A stretch of DNA of 64,000 nucleotides from Ranitomeya imitator (GCF_032444005.1 NC_091288.1:198648001-198712000), one strand, 5' to 3'. Shown: positions 22,801 to 37,452, counted from the stretch's first letter. The notes: a model not told the origin generated them from the sequence alone. Numbers and translations: made by a program.

Positions 22801-25800
22801 TGTATGATCAGTGCCACCACCTCCTCCCCGCAGAGCTGTATGATCAGTGCCACCTCCTCCTCCCCGCAGAGCTGTATGATCAGAGCCACCACCTCCTCCC
22901 CGCAGAGCTGTATGATCAGTGCCACCACCTCCTCCCCGCAGAGCTGTATCATCAGTGCCACCACCTACTCCTCCCTGCAGAGCTGTATGATCAGAGAAAT
23001 CACCTCCACCCCGCAGAGCTGTATGATCAGTGCCACCACCTCCTCCCCGCAGAGCTGTATGATCAGAGAAATCACCTCCACCCCGCAGAGCTGTATGATC
23101 AGTGCCACCACCTTCTCCCCCGCAGAGCTGTATGATCAGAGCCACCACTTCCTCCCCGCAGAGCTGTATAATCAGTGCCACCACCTCCACCCCGCAGAGC
23201 TGTATGATCAGAGAAATCACCTCCACCCCGCAGAGCTGTATGATCAGAGCCACCACCTCCTCCCCGCAGAGCTGTATGATCAGAGCCACCACCCTCTCCC
23301 CGCAGAGCTGTATAATCAGTGCCACCACCTCCTCCCCGCAGAGCTGTATGATCAGTGCCACCACCTCCTCCCCGCAGAGCTGTATGATCAGTGCCACCAC
23401 CTCCTCCCCGCAGAGCTGTATGATCAGTGCCACCTCCTTATCCCCGCAGAGCTGTATGATCAGAGAAATCACCTCCACCCCGCAGAGCTGTATGATCAGT
23501 GCCACCACCTCCTCCCCGCAGAGCTGTATCATCAGTGCCACCACCTACTCCTCCCCGCAGAGCTGTATGATCAGAGAAATCACCTCCACCCCGCAGAGCT
23601 GTATGATCAGTGCCACCACCTTCTCCCCCGCAGAGCTGTATGATCAGTGCCACCACCTCCTCCCCGCAGAGCTGTATGATCAGTGCCACCTCCTCCTCCC
23701 CGCAGAGCTGTATGATCAGAGCCACCTCCTCCTCCCCGCAGAGCTGTATGATCAGTGCCACCACCTCCTCCCCGCAGAGCTGTATGATCAGTGCCACCAC
23801 CTCCTCCCCGCAGAGCTGTACGATCAGTGCCACCACCTCCTCCCCGCAGAGCTGTATGATCAGTGCCACCTCCTCCTCCCCGCAGAGCTGTATGATCAGA
23901 GCCACCACCTCCTCCCCGCAGAGCTGTATGATCAGAGCCACCACCTCCTCCCTGCAGAGCTGTATGATCAGAGAAATCACCTCCTCCCCGCACAGCTGTA
24001 TGATCAGTACCACCACCTCCTCCCCGCAGAGCAGTATGATCAGAGCCACCACCTCCTCCCCGCAGAGCTGTATGATCAGTGCCACCACCTCCTCCCCGCA
24101 GAGCTGTATGATCAGTGCCACCTCCTCCTCCCCGCAGAGCTGTATGATCAGAGAAATCACCTCCACCCCGCAGAGCTGTATGATCAGTGCCACCACCTCC
24201 TCCCCGCAGAGCTGTATCATCAGTGCCACCACCTACTCCTCCCTGCAGAGCTGTATGATCAGAGAAATCACCTCCACCCCGCAGAGCTGTATGATCAGTG
24301 CCACCACCTTCTCCCCCGCAGAGCTGTATGATCAGAGCCACCACTTCCTCCCCGCAGAGCTGTATAATCAGTGCCACCACCTCCACCCCGCAGAGCTGTA
24401 TGATCAGAGAAATCACCTCCACCCCGCAGAGCTGTATGATCAGAGCCACCACCTCCTCCCCGCAGAGCTGTATGATCAGAGCCACCACCCTCTCCCCGCA
24501 GAGCTGTATAATCAGTGCCACCACCTCCTCCCCGCAGAGCTGTATGATCAGTGCCACCACCTCCTCCCCGCAGAGCTGTATGATCAGTGCCACCACCTCC
24601 TCCCCGCAGAGCTGTATGATCAGTGCCACCTCCTCCTCCCCGCAGAGCTGTATGATCAGAGCCACCTCCTCCTCCCCGCAGAGCTGTATGATCAGTGCCA
24701 CCACCTCCTCCCCGCAGAGCTGTATGATCAGTGCCACCACCTCCTCCCCGCAGAGCTGTATGATCAGTGCCACCACCTCCTCCCCGCAGAGCTGTATGAT
24801 CAGTGCCACCTCCTCCTCCCCGCAGAGCTGTATGATCAGTGCCACCACCTTCTCCCCCGCAGAGCTGTATGATCAGAGCCACCACTTCCTCCCCGCAGAG
24901 CTGTATAATCAGTGCCACCACCTCCACCCCGCAGAGCTGTATGATCAGAGAAATCACCTCCACCCCGCAGAGCTGTATGATCAGAGCCACCACCTCCTCC
25001 CCGCAGAGCTGTATGATCAGAGCCAACACCCTCTCCCCGCAGAGCTGTATAATCAGTGCCACCACCTCCTCCCCGCAGAGCTGTATGATCAGTGCCACCA
25101 CCCTCTCCCCGCAGAGCTGTATAATCAGTGCCACCACCTCCTCCCCGCAGAGCTGTATGATCAGTATGATCAGAGCTGTATGATCAGAGAAATCACCTCC
25201 TCCCCGCACAGCTGTATGATCAGTACCACCACCTCCTCCCCGCAGAGCTGTATGATCAGAGCCACCACCTCCTCCCCGCAGAGCTGTATGATCAGAGCCA
25301 CCACTTCCTCCCCGCAGAGCTGTATAATCAGTGCCACCACCTCCACCCCGCAGAGCTGTATGATCAGAGAAATCACCTCCACCCCGCAGAGCTGTATGAT
25401 CAGAGCCACCACCTCCTCCCCGCAGAGCTGTATGATCAGAGCCACCACCCTCTCCCCGCAGAGCTGTATAATCAGTGCCACTACCTCCTCCCCGCAGAGC
25501 TGTATGATCAGTGCCACCACCTCCTCACCGCAGAGCTGTATGATCAGTGCCACCACCTCCTCCCCGCAGAGCTGTATGATCAGTGCCACCTCCTCCTCCC
25601 CGCAGAGCTGTATGATCAGTGCCACCTCCTCCTCCCCGCAGAGCTGTATGATCAGAGCCACCACCTCCTCCCTGCAGAGCTGTATGATCAGAGAAATCAC
25701 CTCCTCCCCGCACAGCTGTATGATCAGTACCACCACCTCCTCCCCGCAGAGCTGTATGATCAGAGCCACCACCTCCTCCCCGCAGAGCTGTATGATCAGA

Positions 25801-28800
25801 GCCACCACCTCCTCCCCGCAGAGCTGTATGATCAGAGCCACCTCCTCCTCCCCGCAGAGCTGTATGATCAGTGCCACCACCTCCTCCCCGCAGAGCTGTA
25901 TGATCAGTGTCACCACCTCCTCCCCGCAGAGCTGTATGATCAGTGCCACCACCTCCTCCCCGCAGAGCTGTATGATCAGTGCCACCTCCTCCTCCCCGCA
26001 GAGCTGTATGATCAGAGCCACCACCTCCTCCCCGCAGAGCTGTATGATCAGAGCCACCACCTCCTCCCTGCAGAGCTGTATGATCAGAGAAATCACCTCC
26101 TCCCCGCAGAGCTGTATGATCAGTGCCACCACCTCCTCCCCGCAGAGCTGTATCATCAGTGCCACCACCTACTCCTCCCTGCAGAGCTGTATGATCAGAG
26201 AAATCACCTCCACCCCGCAGAGCTGTATGATCAGTGCCACCACCTTCTCCCCCGCAGAGCTGTATGATCAGAGCCACCACTTCCTCCCCGCAGAGCTGTA
26301 TAATCAGTGCCACCACCTCCACCCCGCAGAGCTGTATGATCAGAGAAATCACCTCCACCCCGCAGAGCTGTATGATCAGAGCCACCACCTCCTCCCCGCA
26401 GAGCTGTATGATCAGAGCCACCACCCTCTCCCCGCAGAGCTGTATAATCAGTGCCACCACCTCCTCCCCGCAGAGCTGTATGATCAGTGCCACCACCCTC
26501 TCCCCGCAGAGCTGTATAATCAGTGCCACCACCTCCTCCCCGCAGAGCTGTATGATCAGTATGATCAGAGCTGTATGATCAGAGAAATCACCTCCTCCCC
26601 GCACAGCTGTATGATCAGTACCACCACCTCCTCCCCGCAGAGCTGTATGATCAGAGCCACCACCTCCTCCCCGCAGAGCTGTATGATCAGAGCCACCACT
26701 TCCTCCCCGCAGAGCTGTATAATCAGTGCCACCACCTCCACCCCGCAGAGCTGTATGATCAGAGAAATCACCTCCACCCCGCAGAGCTGTATGATCAGAG
26801 CCACCACCTCCTCCCCGCAGAGCTGTATGATCAGAGCCACCACCCTCTCCCCGCAGAGCTGTATAATCAGTGCCACCACCTCCTCCCCGCAGAGCTGTAT
26901 GATCAGTGCCACCACTTCCTCACCGCAGAGCTGTATGATCAGTGCCACCACCTCCTCCCCGCAGAGCTGTATGATCAGTGCCACCTCCTCCTCCCCGCAG
27001 AGCTGTATGATCAGTGCCACCTCCTCCTCCCCGCAGAGCTGTATGATCAGAGCCACCACCTCCTCCCTGCAGAGCTGTATGATCAGAGAAATCACCTCCT
27101 CCCCGCACAGCTGTATGATCAGTACCACCACCTCCTCCCCGCAGAGCTGTATGATCAGAGCCACCACCTCCTCCCCGCAGAGCTGTATGATCAGAGCCAC
27201 CACCTCCTCCCCGCAGAGCTGTATGATCAGAGCCACCTCCTCCTCCCCGCAGAGCTGTATGATCAGTGCCACCACCTCCTCCCCGCAGAGCTGTATGATC
27301 AGTGCCACCACCTCCTCCCCGCAGAGCTGTATGATCAGTGCCACCACCTCCTCCCCGCAGAGCTGTATGATCAGTGCCACCTCCTCCTCCCCGCAGAGCT
27401 GTATGATCAGAGCCACCACCTCCTCCCCGCAGAGCTGTATGATCAGAGCCACCACCTCCTCCCTGCAGAGCTGTATGATCAGAGAAATCACCTCCTCCCC
27501 GCACAGCTGTATGATCAGTACCACCACCTCCTCCCCGCAGAGCTGTATGATCAGAGCCACCACCTCCTCCCCGCAGAGCTGTATGATCAGAGCCACCACC
27601 TCCTCCCTGCAGAGCTGTATGATCAGAGAAATCACCTCCTCCCCGCAGAGCTGTATGATCAGTGCCACCACCTCCTCCCCGCAGAGCTGTATGATCAGTG
27701 CCACCACCTCCTCCCCGCAGAGCTGTATGATCAGTGCCACCACCTCCTCCCCGCAGAGCTGTATGATCAGTGCCACCACCTCCTCCCCGCAGAGCTGTAT
27801 GATCAGTGCCACCTCCTCCTCCCCGCAGAGCTGCATGATCAGTGCCACCACCTCCTCCCCGCAGAGCTGTATGATCAGTGCCACCACCTCCTCCCCGCAG
27901 AGCTGTATGATCAGTGCCATCACCTCCTCCCCGCAGAGCTGTATGATCAGTGCCACCTCAACCTCCCCGCAGAGCTGTATGATCAGAGCCACCACCTCCT
28001 CCCTGCAGAGCTGTATGATCAGAGAAATCACCTCCTCCCCGCACAGCTGTATGATCAGTGCCACCACCTCCTCCCCGCAGAGCTGCATGATCAGAGCCAC
28101 CACCTCCTCTCCGCAGAGCTGTATGATCAGAGCCACCACCTCCTCCCTGCAGAGCTGTGTGATCAGAGAAATCACCTCCTCCCCGGAGAGCCGTATGATC
28201 AGTGCCACCACCTTCTCCCCGCAGAGCTGTATGATCAGAGCCACCACATTCTCCTCGCAGAGCTGTAGGATTAGAGCCATCACCTCCTCCCCGCAGAGCT
28301 GTATGATCAGTGCCACCACCCTCTCCCCGCAGAGCTGTATGATCAGAGCCACCACCTACTCCCCTCAGACCTGTATGATCAGAGCCATAACCTCCTCCTC
28401 CCTGCAGAGCTGTATGATCAGAGAAATCACCTCCTCCCCGGAGAGCTGTATGATCAGTGCCAACACCTTCTCCCCGCAGAGCTGTATGATCAGTGCCATC
28501 ACCTCCTCCCTGCAGAGCTGTATGATCAGTGCCACCACCTCCTCCACGCAGAGCTGTACGATCAGTGCCACCACCTCCTCCCCGCAGAGCTGTATGATCA
28601 GTGCCACCACTTCCTCCCCGCAGAGCTGTATGATCAGTGCCACCACCTCCTCCCCGCAGAGCTGTATGATCAGTGCCACCACCTCCTCCCCGCAGAGCTG
28701 TATGATCAGTGCCACCTCCTCCTCCCCGCAGAGCTGTATGATCAGTGCCACCACCTCCTCCCCGCAGAGCTGTATCATCAGTGCCACCACCTACTCCTCC

Positions 28801-31800
28801 CTGCAGAGCTGTCTGATCAGAGAAATCACCTCCACCCCGCAGAGCTGTATGATCAGTGCCACCACCTTCTCCCCCGCAGAGCTGTATGATCAGTGCCACC
28901 ACCTCCTCCCCGCAGAGCTGTATGATCAGAGCCACCACCTCCTCCCTGCAGAGCTGTATGATCAGAGAAATCACCTCCTCCCCGCACAGCTGTATGATCA
29001 GTGCCACCACCTCCTCCCCGCAGAGCTGTATGATCAGTGCCACCACCTCCTCCCCGCACAGCTGTATGATCAGTGCCACCACCTCCTCCCCGCAGAGCTG
29101 CATGATCAGAGCCACCACCTCCTCCCCGCAGAGCTGTATGATCAGAGCCACCACCTCCTCCCTGCAGAGCTGTATGATCAGAGAAATCACCTCCTCCCCG
29201 GAGAGCCGTATGATCAGTGCCACCACCTTCTCCCCGCAGAGCTGTATGATCAGTGCCACCACCTCCTCCCCGCAGAGCTGTATGATCAGTGCCACCACCT
29301 CCTCCCCGCAGAGCTGTATGATCAGTGCCACCACCTCCTCCCCGCAGAGCTGTATGATCAGTGCCACCTCCTCCTCCCCGCAGAGCTGTATGATCAGAGC
29401 CACCACCTCCTCCCTGCAGAGCTGTATGATCAGAGAAATCACCTCCTCCCCGCACAGCTGTATGATCAGTGCCACCACCTCCTCCCCGCAGAGCTGTATG
29501 ATCAGTGCCACCACCTCCTCCCCGCAGAGCTGTATGATCAGTGCCACCTCCTCCTCCCCGCAGAGCTGTATGATCAGAGCCACCACCTCCTCCCCGCAGA
29601 GCTGTATGATCAGTGCCACCACCTCCTCCCCGCAGAGCTGTATCATCAGTGCCACCACCTACTCCTCCCTGCAGAGCTGTATGATCAGAGAAATCACCTC
29701 CACCCCGCAGAGCTGTATGATCAGTGCCACCACCTCCTCCCCGCAGAGCTGTATGATCAGAGAAATCACCTCCACCCCGCAGAGCTGTATGATCAGTGCC
29801 ACCACCTTCTCCCCCGCAGAGCTGTATGATCAGAGCCACCACTTCCTCCCCGCAGAGCTGTATAATCAGTGCCACCACCTCCACCCCGCAGAGCTGTATG
29901 ATCAGAGAAATCACCTCCACCCCGCAGAGCTGTATGATCAGAGCCACCACCTCCTCCCCGCAGAGCTGTATGATCAGAGCCACCACCCTCTCCCCGCAGA
30001 GCTGTATAATCAGTGCCACCACCTCCTCCCCGCAGAGCTGTATGATCAGTGCCACCACCTCCTCCCCGCAGAGCTGTATGATCAGTGCCACCACCTCCTC
30101 CCCGCAGAGCTGTATGATCAGTGCCACCTCCTTATCCCCGCAGAGCTGTATGATCAGAGAAATCACCTCCACCCCGCAGAGCTGTATGATCAGTGCCACC
30201 ACCTCCTCCCCGCAGAGCTGTATCATCAGTGCCACCACCTACTCCTCCCCGCAGAGCTGTATGATCAGAGAAATCACCTCCACCCCGCAGAGCTGTATGA
30301 TCAGTGCCACCACCTTCTCCCCCGCAGAGCTGTATGATCAGTGCCACCTCCTCCTCCCCGCAGAGCTGTATGATCAGTGCCACCTCCTCCTCCCCGCAGA
30401 GCTGTATGATCAGAGCCACCACCTCCTCCCTGCAGAGCTGTATGATCAGAGAAATCACCTCCTCCCCGCACAGCTGTATGATCAGTACCACCACCTCCTC
30501 CCCGCAGAGCTGTATGATCAGAGCCACCACCTCCTCCCCGCAGAGCTGTATGATCAGAGCCACCACCTCCTCCCCGCAGAGCTGTATGATCAGAGCCACC
30601 TCCTCCTCCCCGCAGAGCTGTATGATCAGTGCCACCACCTCCTCCCCGCAGAGCTGTATGATCAGTGCCACCACCTCCTCCCCGCAGAGCTGTATGATCA
30701 GTGCCACCACCTCCTCCCCGCAGAGCTGTATGATCAGTGCCACCTCCTCCTCCCCGCAGAGCTGTATGATCAGAGCCACCACCTCCTCCCCGCAGAGCTG
30801 TATGATCAGAGCCACCACCTCCTCCCTGCAGAGCTGTATGATCAGAGAAATCACCTCCTCCCCGCACAGCTGTATGATCAGTACCACCACCTCCTCCCCG
30901 CAGAGCTGTATGATCAGAGCCACCACCTCCTCCCCGCAGAGCTGTATGATCAGAGCCACCACCTCCTCCCTGCAGAGCTGTATGATCAGAGAAATCACCT
31001 CCTCCCCGCAGAGCTGTATGATCAGTGCCACCACCTCCTCCCCGCAGAGCTGTATGATCAGTGCCACCACCTCCTCCCCGCAGAGCTGTATGATCAGTGC
31101 CACCACCTCCTCCCCGCAGAGCTGTATGATCAGTGCCACCACCTCCTCCCCGCAGAGCTGTATGATCAGTGCCACCTCCTCCTCCCCGCAGAGCTGCATG
31201 ATCAGTGCCACCACCTCCTCCCCGCAGAGCTGTATGATCAGTGCCACCACCTCCTCCCCGCAGAGCTGTATGATCAGTGCCATCACCTCCTCCCCGCAGA
31301 GCTGTATGATCAGTGCCACCTCAACCTCCCCGCAGAGCTGTATGATCAGAGCCACCACCTCCTCCCTGCAGAGCTGTATGATCAGAGAAATCACCTCCTC
31401 CCCGCACAGCTGTATGATCAGTGCCACCACCTCCTCCCCGCAGAGCTGCATGATCAGAGCCACCACCTCCTCTCCGCAGAGCTGTATGATCAGAGCCACC
31501 ACCTCCTCCCTGCAGAGCTGTGTGATCAGAGAAATCACCTCCTCCCCGGAGAGCCGTATGATCAGTGCCACCACCTTCTCCCCGCAGAGCTGTATGATCA
31601 GAGCCACCACATTCTCCTCGCAGAGCTGTAGGATTAGAGCCATCACCTCCTCCCCGCAGAGCTGTATGATCAGTGCCACCACCCTCTCCCCGCAGAGCTG
31701 TATGATCAGAGCCACCACCTACTCCCCTCAGACCTGTATGATCAGAGCCATAACCTCCTCCTCCCTGCAGAGCTGTATGATCAGAGAAATCACCTCCTCC

Positions 31801-34800
31801 CCGGAGAGCTGTATGATCAGTGCCAACACCTTCTCCCCGCAGAGCTGTATGATCAGTGCCATCACCTCCTCCCTGCAGAGCTGTATGATCAGTGCCACCA
31901 CCTCCTCCACGCAGAGCTGTACGATCAGTGCCACCACCTCCTCCCCGCAGAGCTGTATGATCAGTGCCACCACTTCCTCCCCGCAGAGCTGTATGATCAG
32001 TGCCACCACCTCCTCCCCGCAGAGCTGTATGATCAGTGCCACCACCTCCTCCCCGCAGAGCTGTATGATCAGTGCCACCTCCTCCTCCCCGCAGAGCTGT
32101 ATGATCAGTGCCACCACCTCCTCCCCGCAGAGCTGTATCATCAGTGCCACCACCTACTCCTCCCTGCAGAGCTGTCTGATCAGAGAAATCACCTCCACCC
32201 CGTAGAGCTGTATGATCAGTGCCACCACCTTCTCCCCCGCAGAGCTGTATGATCAGTGCCACCACCTCCTCCCCGCAGAGCTGTATGATCAGAGCCACCA
32301 CCTCCTCCCTGCAGAGCTGTATGATCAGAGAAATCACCTCCTCCCCGCACAGCTGTATGATCAGTGCCACCACCTCCTCCCCGCAGAGCTGTATGATCAG
32401 TGCCACCACCTCCTCCCCGCACAGCTGTATGATCAGTGCCACCACCTCCTCCCCGCAGAGCTGCATGATCAGAGCCACCACCTCCTCCCCGCAGAGCTGT
32501 ATGATCAGAGCCACCACCTCCTCCCTGCAGAGCTGTATGATCAGAGAAATCACCTCCTCCCCGGAGAGCCGTATGATCAGTGCCACCACCTTCTCCCCGC
32601 AGAGCTGTATGATCAGTGCCACCACCTCCTCCCCGCAGAGCTGTATGATCAGTGCCACCACCTCCTCCCCGCAGAGCTGTATGATCAGTGCCACCACCTC
32701 CTCCCCGCAGAGCTGTATGATCAGTGCCACCTCCTCCTCCCCGCAGAGCTGTATGATCAGAGCCACCACCTCCTCCCTGCAGAGCTGTATGATCAGAGAA
32801 ATCACCTCCTCCCCGCACAGCTGTATGATCAGTGCCACCACCTCCTCCCCGCAGAGCTGTATGATCAGTGCCACCACCTCCTCCCCGCAGAGCTGTATGA
32901 TCAGTGCCACCTCCTCCTCCCCGCAGAGCTGTATGATCAGAGCCACCACCTCCTCCCCGCAGAGCTGTATGATCAGTGCCACCACCTCCTCCCCGCAGAG
33001 CTGTATCATCAGTGCCACCACCTACTCCTCCCTGCAGAGCTGTATGATCAGAGAAATCACCTCCACCCCGCAGAGCTGTATGATCAGTGCCACCACCTCC
33101 TCCCCGCAGAGCTGTATGATCAGAGAAATCACCTCCACCCCGCAGAGCTGTATGATCAGTGCCACCACCTTCTCCCCCGCAGAGCTGTATGATCAGAGCC
33201 ACCACTTCCTCCCCGCAGAGCTGTATAATCAGTGCCACCACCTCCACCCCGCAGAGCTGTATGATCAGAGAAATCACCTCCACCCCGCAGAGCTGTATGA
33301 TCAGAGCCACCACCTCCTCCCCGCAGAGCTGTATGATCAGAGCCACCACCCTCTCCCCGCAGAGCTGTATAATCAGTGCCACCACCTCCTCCCCGCAGAG
33401 CTGTATGATCAGTGCCACCACCTCCTCCCCGCAGAGCTGTATGATCAGTGCCACCACCTCCTCCCCGCAGAGCTGTATGATCAGTGCCACCTCCTTATCC
33501 CCGCAGAGCTGTATGATCAGAGAAATCACCTCCACCCCGCAGAGCTGTATGATCAGTGCCACCACCTCCTCCCCGCAGAGCTGTATCATCAGTGCCACCA
33601 CCTACTCCTCCCCGCAGAGCTGTATGATCAGAGAAATCACCTCCACCCCGCAGAGCTGTATGATCAGTGCCACCACCTTCTCCCCCGCAGAGCTGTATGA
33701 TCAGTGCCACCACCTCCTCCCCGCAGAGCTGTATGATCAGTGCCACCTCCTCCTCCCCGCAGAGCTGTATGATCAGAGCCACCTCCTCCTCCCCGCAGAG
33801 CTGTATGATCAGTGCCACCACCTCCTCCCCGCAGAGCTGTATGATCAGTGCCACCACCTCCTCCCCGCAGAGCTGTACGATCAGTGCCACCACCTCCTCC
33901 CCGCAGAGCTGTATGATCAGTGCCACCTCCTCCTCCCCGCAGAGCTGTATGATCAGAGCCACCACCTCCTCCCCGCAGAGCTGTATGATCAGAGCCACCA
34001 CCTCCTCCCTGCAGAGCTGTATGATCAGAGAAATCACCTCCTCCCCGCACAGCTGTATGATCAGTACCACCACCTCCTCCCCGCAGAGCAGTATGATCAG
34101 AGCCACCACCTCCTCCCCGCAGAGCTGTATGATCAGTGCCACCACCTCCTCCCCGCAGAGCTGTATGATCAGTGCCACCTCCTCCTCCCCGCAGAGCTGT
34201 ATGATCAGAGAAATCACCTCCACCCCGCAGAGCTGTATGATCAGTGCCACCACCTCCTCCCCGCAGAGCTGTATCATCAGTGCCACCACCTACTCCTCCC
34301 TGCAGAGCTGTATGATCAGAGAAATCACCTCCACCCCGCAGAGCTGTATGATCAGTGCCACCACCTTCTCCCCCGCAGAGCTGTATGATCAGAGCCACCA
34401 CTTCCTCCCCGCAGAGCTGTATAATCAGTGCCACCACCTCCACCCCGCAGAGCTGTATGATCAGAGAAATCACCTCCACCCCGCAGAGCTGTATGATCAG
34501 AGCCACCACCTCCTCCCCGCAGAGCTGTATGATCAGAGCCACCACCCTCTCCCCGCAGAGCTGTATAATCAGTGCCACCACCTCCTCCCCGCAGAGCTGT
34601 ATGATCAGTGCCACCACCTCCTCCCCGCAGAGCTGTATGATCAGTGCCACCACCTCCTCCCCGCAGAGCTGTATGATCAGTGCCACCTCCTCCTCCCCGC
34701 AGAGCTGTATGATCAGAGCCACCTCCTCCTCCCCGCAGAGCTGTATGATCAGTGCCACCACCTCCTCCCCGCAGAGCTGTATGATCAGTGCCACCACCTC

Positions 34801-35944
34801 CTCCCCGCAGAGCTGTATGATCAGTGCCACCACCTCCTCCCCGCAGAGCTGTATGATCAGTGCCACCTCCTCCTCCCCGCAGAGCTGTATGATCAGAGCC
34901 ACCACCTCCTCCCCGCAGAGCTGTATGATCAGAGCCACCACCTCCTCCCTGCAGAGCTGTATGATCAGAGAAATCACCTCCTCCCCGCACAGCTGTATGA
35001 TCAGTACCACCACCTCCTCCCCGCAGAGCTGTATGATCAGAGCCACCACCTCCTCCCCGCAGAGCTGTATGATCAGAGCCACCACCTCCTCCCTGCAGAG
35101 CTGTATGATCAGAGAAATCACCTCCTCCCCGCAGAGCTCTATGATCAGTGCCACCACCTCCTCCCCGCAGAGCTGTATGATCAGTGCCACCACCTCCTCC
35201 CCGCAGAGCTGTATGATCAGTGCCACCACCTCCTCCCCGCAGAGCTGTATGATCAGTGCCACCACCTCCTCCCTGCAGAGCTGTATGATCAGAGAAATCA
35301 CCTCCTCCCCGCACAGCTGTATGATCAGTACCACCACCTCCTCCCTGCAGAGCTGTATGATCAGAGAAATCACCTCCTCCCCGCACAGCTGTATGATCAG
35401 TACCACCACCTCCTCCCCGCAGAGCTGTATGATCAGTGCCACCACCTCCTCCCCGCACAGCTGTATGATCAGTGCCACCACCTCCTCCCCGCAGAGCTGC
35501 ATGATCAGAGCCACCACCTCCTCTCCGCAGAGCTGTATGATCAGAGCCACCACCTCCTCCCTGCAGAGCTGTATGATCAGAGAAATCACCTCCTCCCCGG
35601 AGAGCCGTATGATCAGTGCCACCACCTTCTCCCCGCAGAGCTGTATGATCAGAGCCACCACATTCTCCCCGCAGAGCTGTAGGATCAGAGCCATCACCTC
35701 CTCCCCGCAGAGCTGTATGATCAGTGCCACCACCCTCTCCCCGCAGAGCTGTATGATCAGAGCCACCACCTACTCCCCTCAGACCTGTATGATCAGAGCC
35801 ATAACCTCATCCTCCCTGCAGAGCTGTATGATCAGAGAAATCACCTCCTCCCCGGAGAGCTGTATGATCAGTGCCAACACCTTCTCCCCGCAGAGCTGTA
35901 TCATCAGTGCCACCACCTCCTCCCCGCAGAGCTGTATGATCAGT
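13878..35944 (+). repeat. 36-bp satellite (~610 units) derived from the H1 3'-processing cassette: AG(A/T)GCCACCACCTCCTCCCCGCAGAGCTGTATGATC
   Basis: The first unit begins in the 3' arm of the H1 stem-loop; 22,067 bp / 36; variants include 37- and 39-bp units and AGAGAAATC units. Confidence 0.97.
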
Positions 35945-36112
35945 TTTCCTACTTGTAATGTTTTTAATATAACTGATGCTGGGCGCAGTCTCAGGATGGG
36001 GGGTTTGTGTGATCTGACGATAATGTGGGAGCTGCACTGTACAGCGCTATACACGGGGACATTTCAACGCAGATACATCAGCTGCTCCAGCAGCGGCAAA
36101 TGAGTGATCTGA

Positions 36113-36760
<648 letters not shown>

Positions 36761-36789
36761 ATCTGCCCCGGCTGCGACCACAACACAAA

Positions 36790-36805
36790 GGCTCTTTTCA
36801 GAGCC
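36790..36805 (+). terminator. Histone 3' stem-loop of H3
   Basis: GGCTCTTTTCAGAGCC. Confidence 0.97.
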
Positions 36806-37452
36806 ACCAAATCCTCCCACAAATGAGCCGAGTCCTGAACGGTCTCTCTTCTGCGCGTATTCTCCATATACGGAGCGCGGTCAGGAAAGGTAATAGCCGG
36901 CTGCTGTGTCCGATATTGTAGGTGATCAGCGATATTCCAGTTACCGCTCCGCGCATCCTTTATTCTCACCAAGTCCAAAAGTGCGACATCAATTACATGA
37001 CTGACGTTTTATAAGGACAGGGTAAAGTGTGCGCTGTGCACAGCCCGGGTCTTTGGTGGTGGAGGCGCGGTTTCTGTACAGCGCAGACGTAAATGGGGTC
37101 CTAGTGGCGCCTCTGCAGTCTTGCGGCTTTAGGTTGTAATTATCATATATTTGAGTTTTCTCATCTTATCTGTGGCTGGTGCCGCCGGGGGTCTGGTTAC
37201 ATACAGCTCCCTGCTCTGCAGTGACCGGTAATGGCCACCAGTCGGGCACCACGTGTAATGATGAGTGACTGCCGGGGATCAGATGAGTTATCTGTAGATC
37301 AGTGTCCTTAAAATGTATTTTTTATTCTAGTTTATAACAAGCTGGAAAATAACAACCGAAACTACAATGGAAGTAAAAATCAAAATAACCAACAGATCTA
37401 AGCGACGCTGAGATGAGAAGAATAGAGAAGCGGGAAAAGAAGAGCACAATAA

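Noticed and set aside
13878-35944. CRISPR-like array (36-bp repeats)
   Set aside because: Repeats are head-to-tail with no unique spacers, there are no cas genes, and the context is eukaryotic.
13908-36103. Giant ORFs of up to 2015 aa (SPQSCMISATTS, PAELYDQCHHLL, LIIQLCGEEVVA, DHTALRGGGGGT repeats)
   Set aside because: A 36-bp unit is a multiple of 3 and is stop-free in four of six frames; frames switch at 37-bp units; the array lies downstream of the H1 cleavage site. These are not mucin, LRR or glycine-rich genes.
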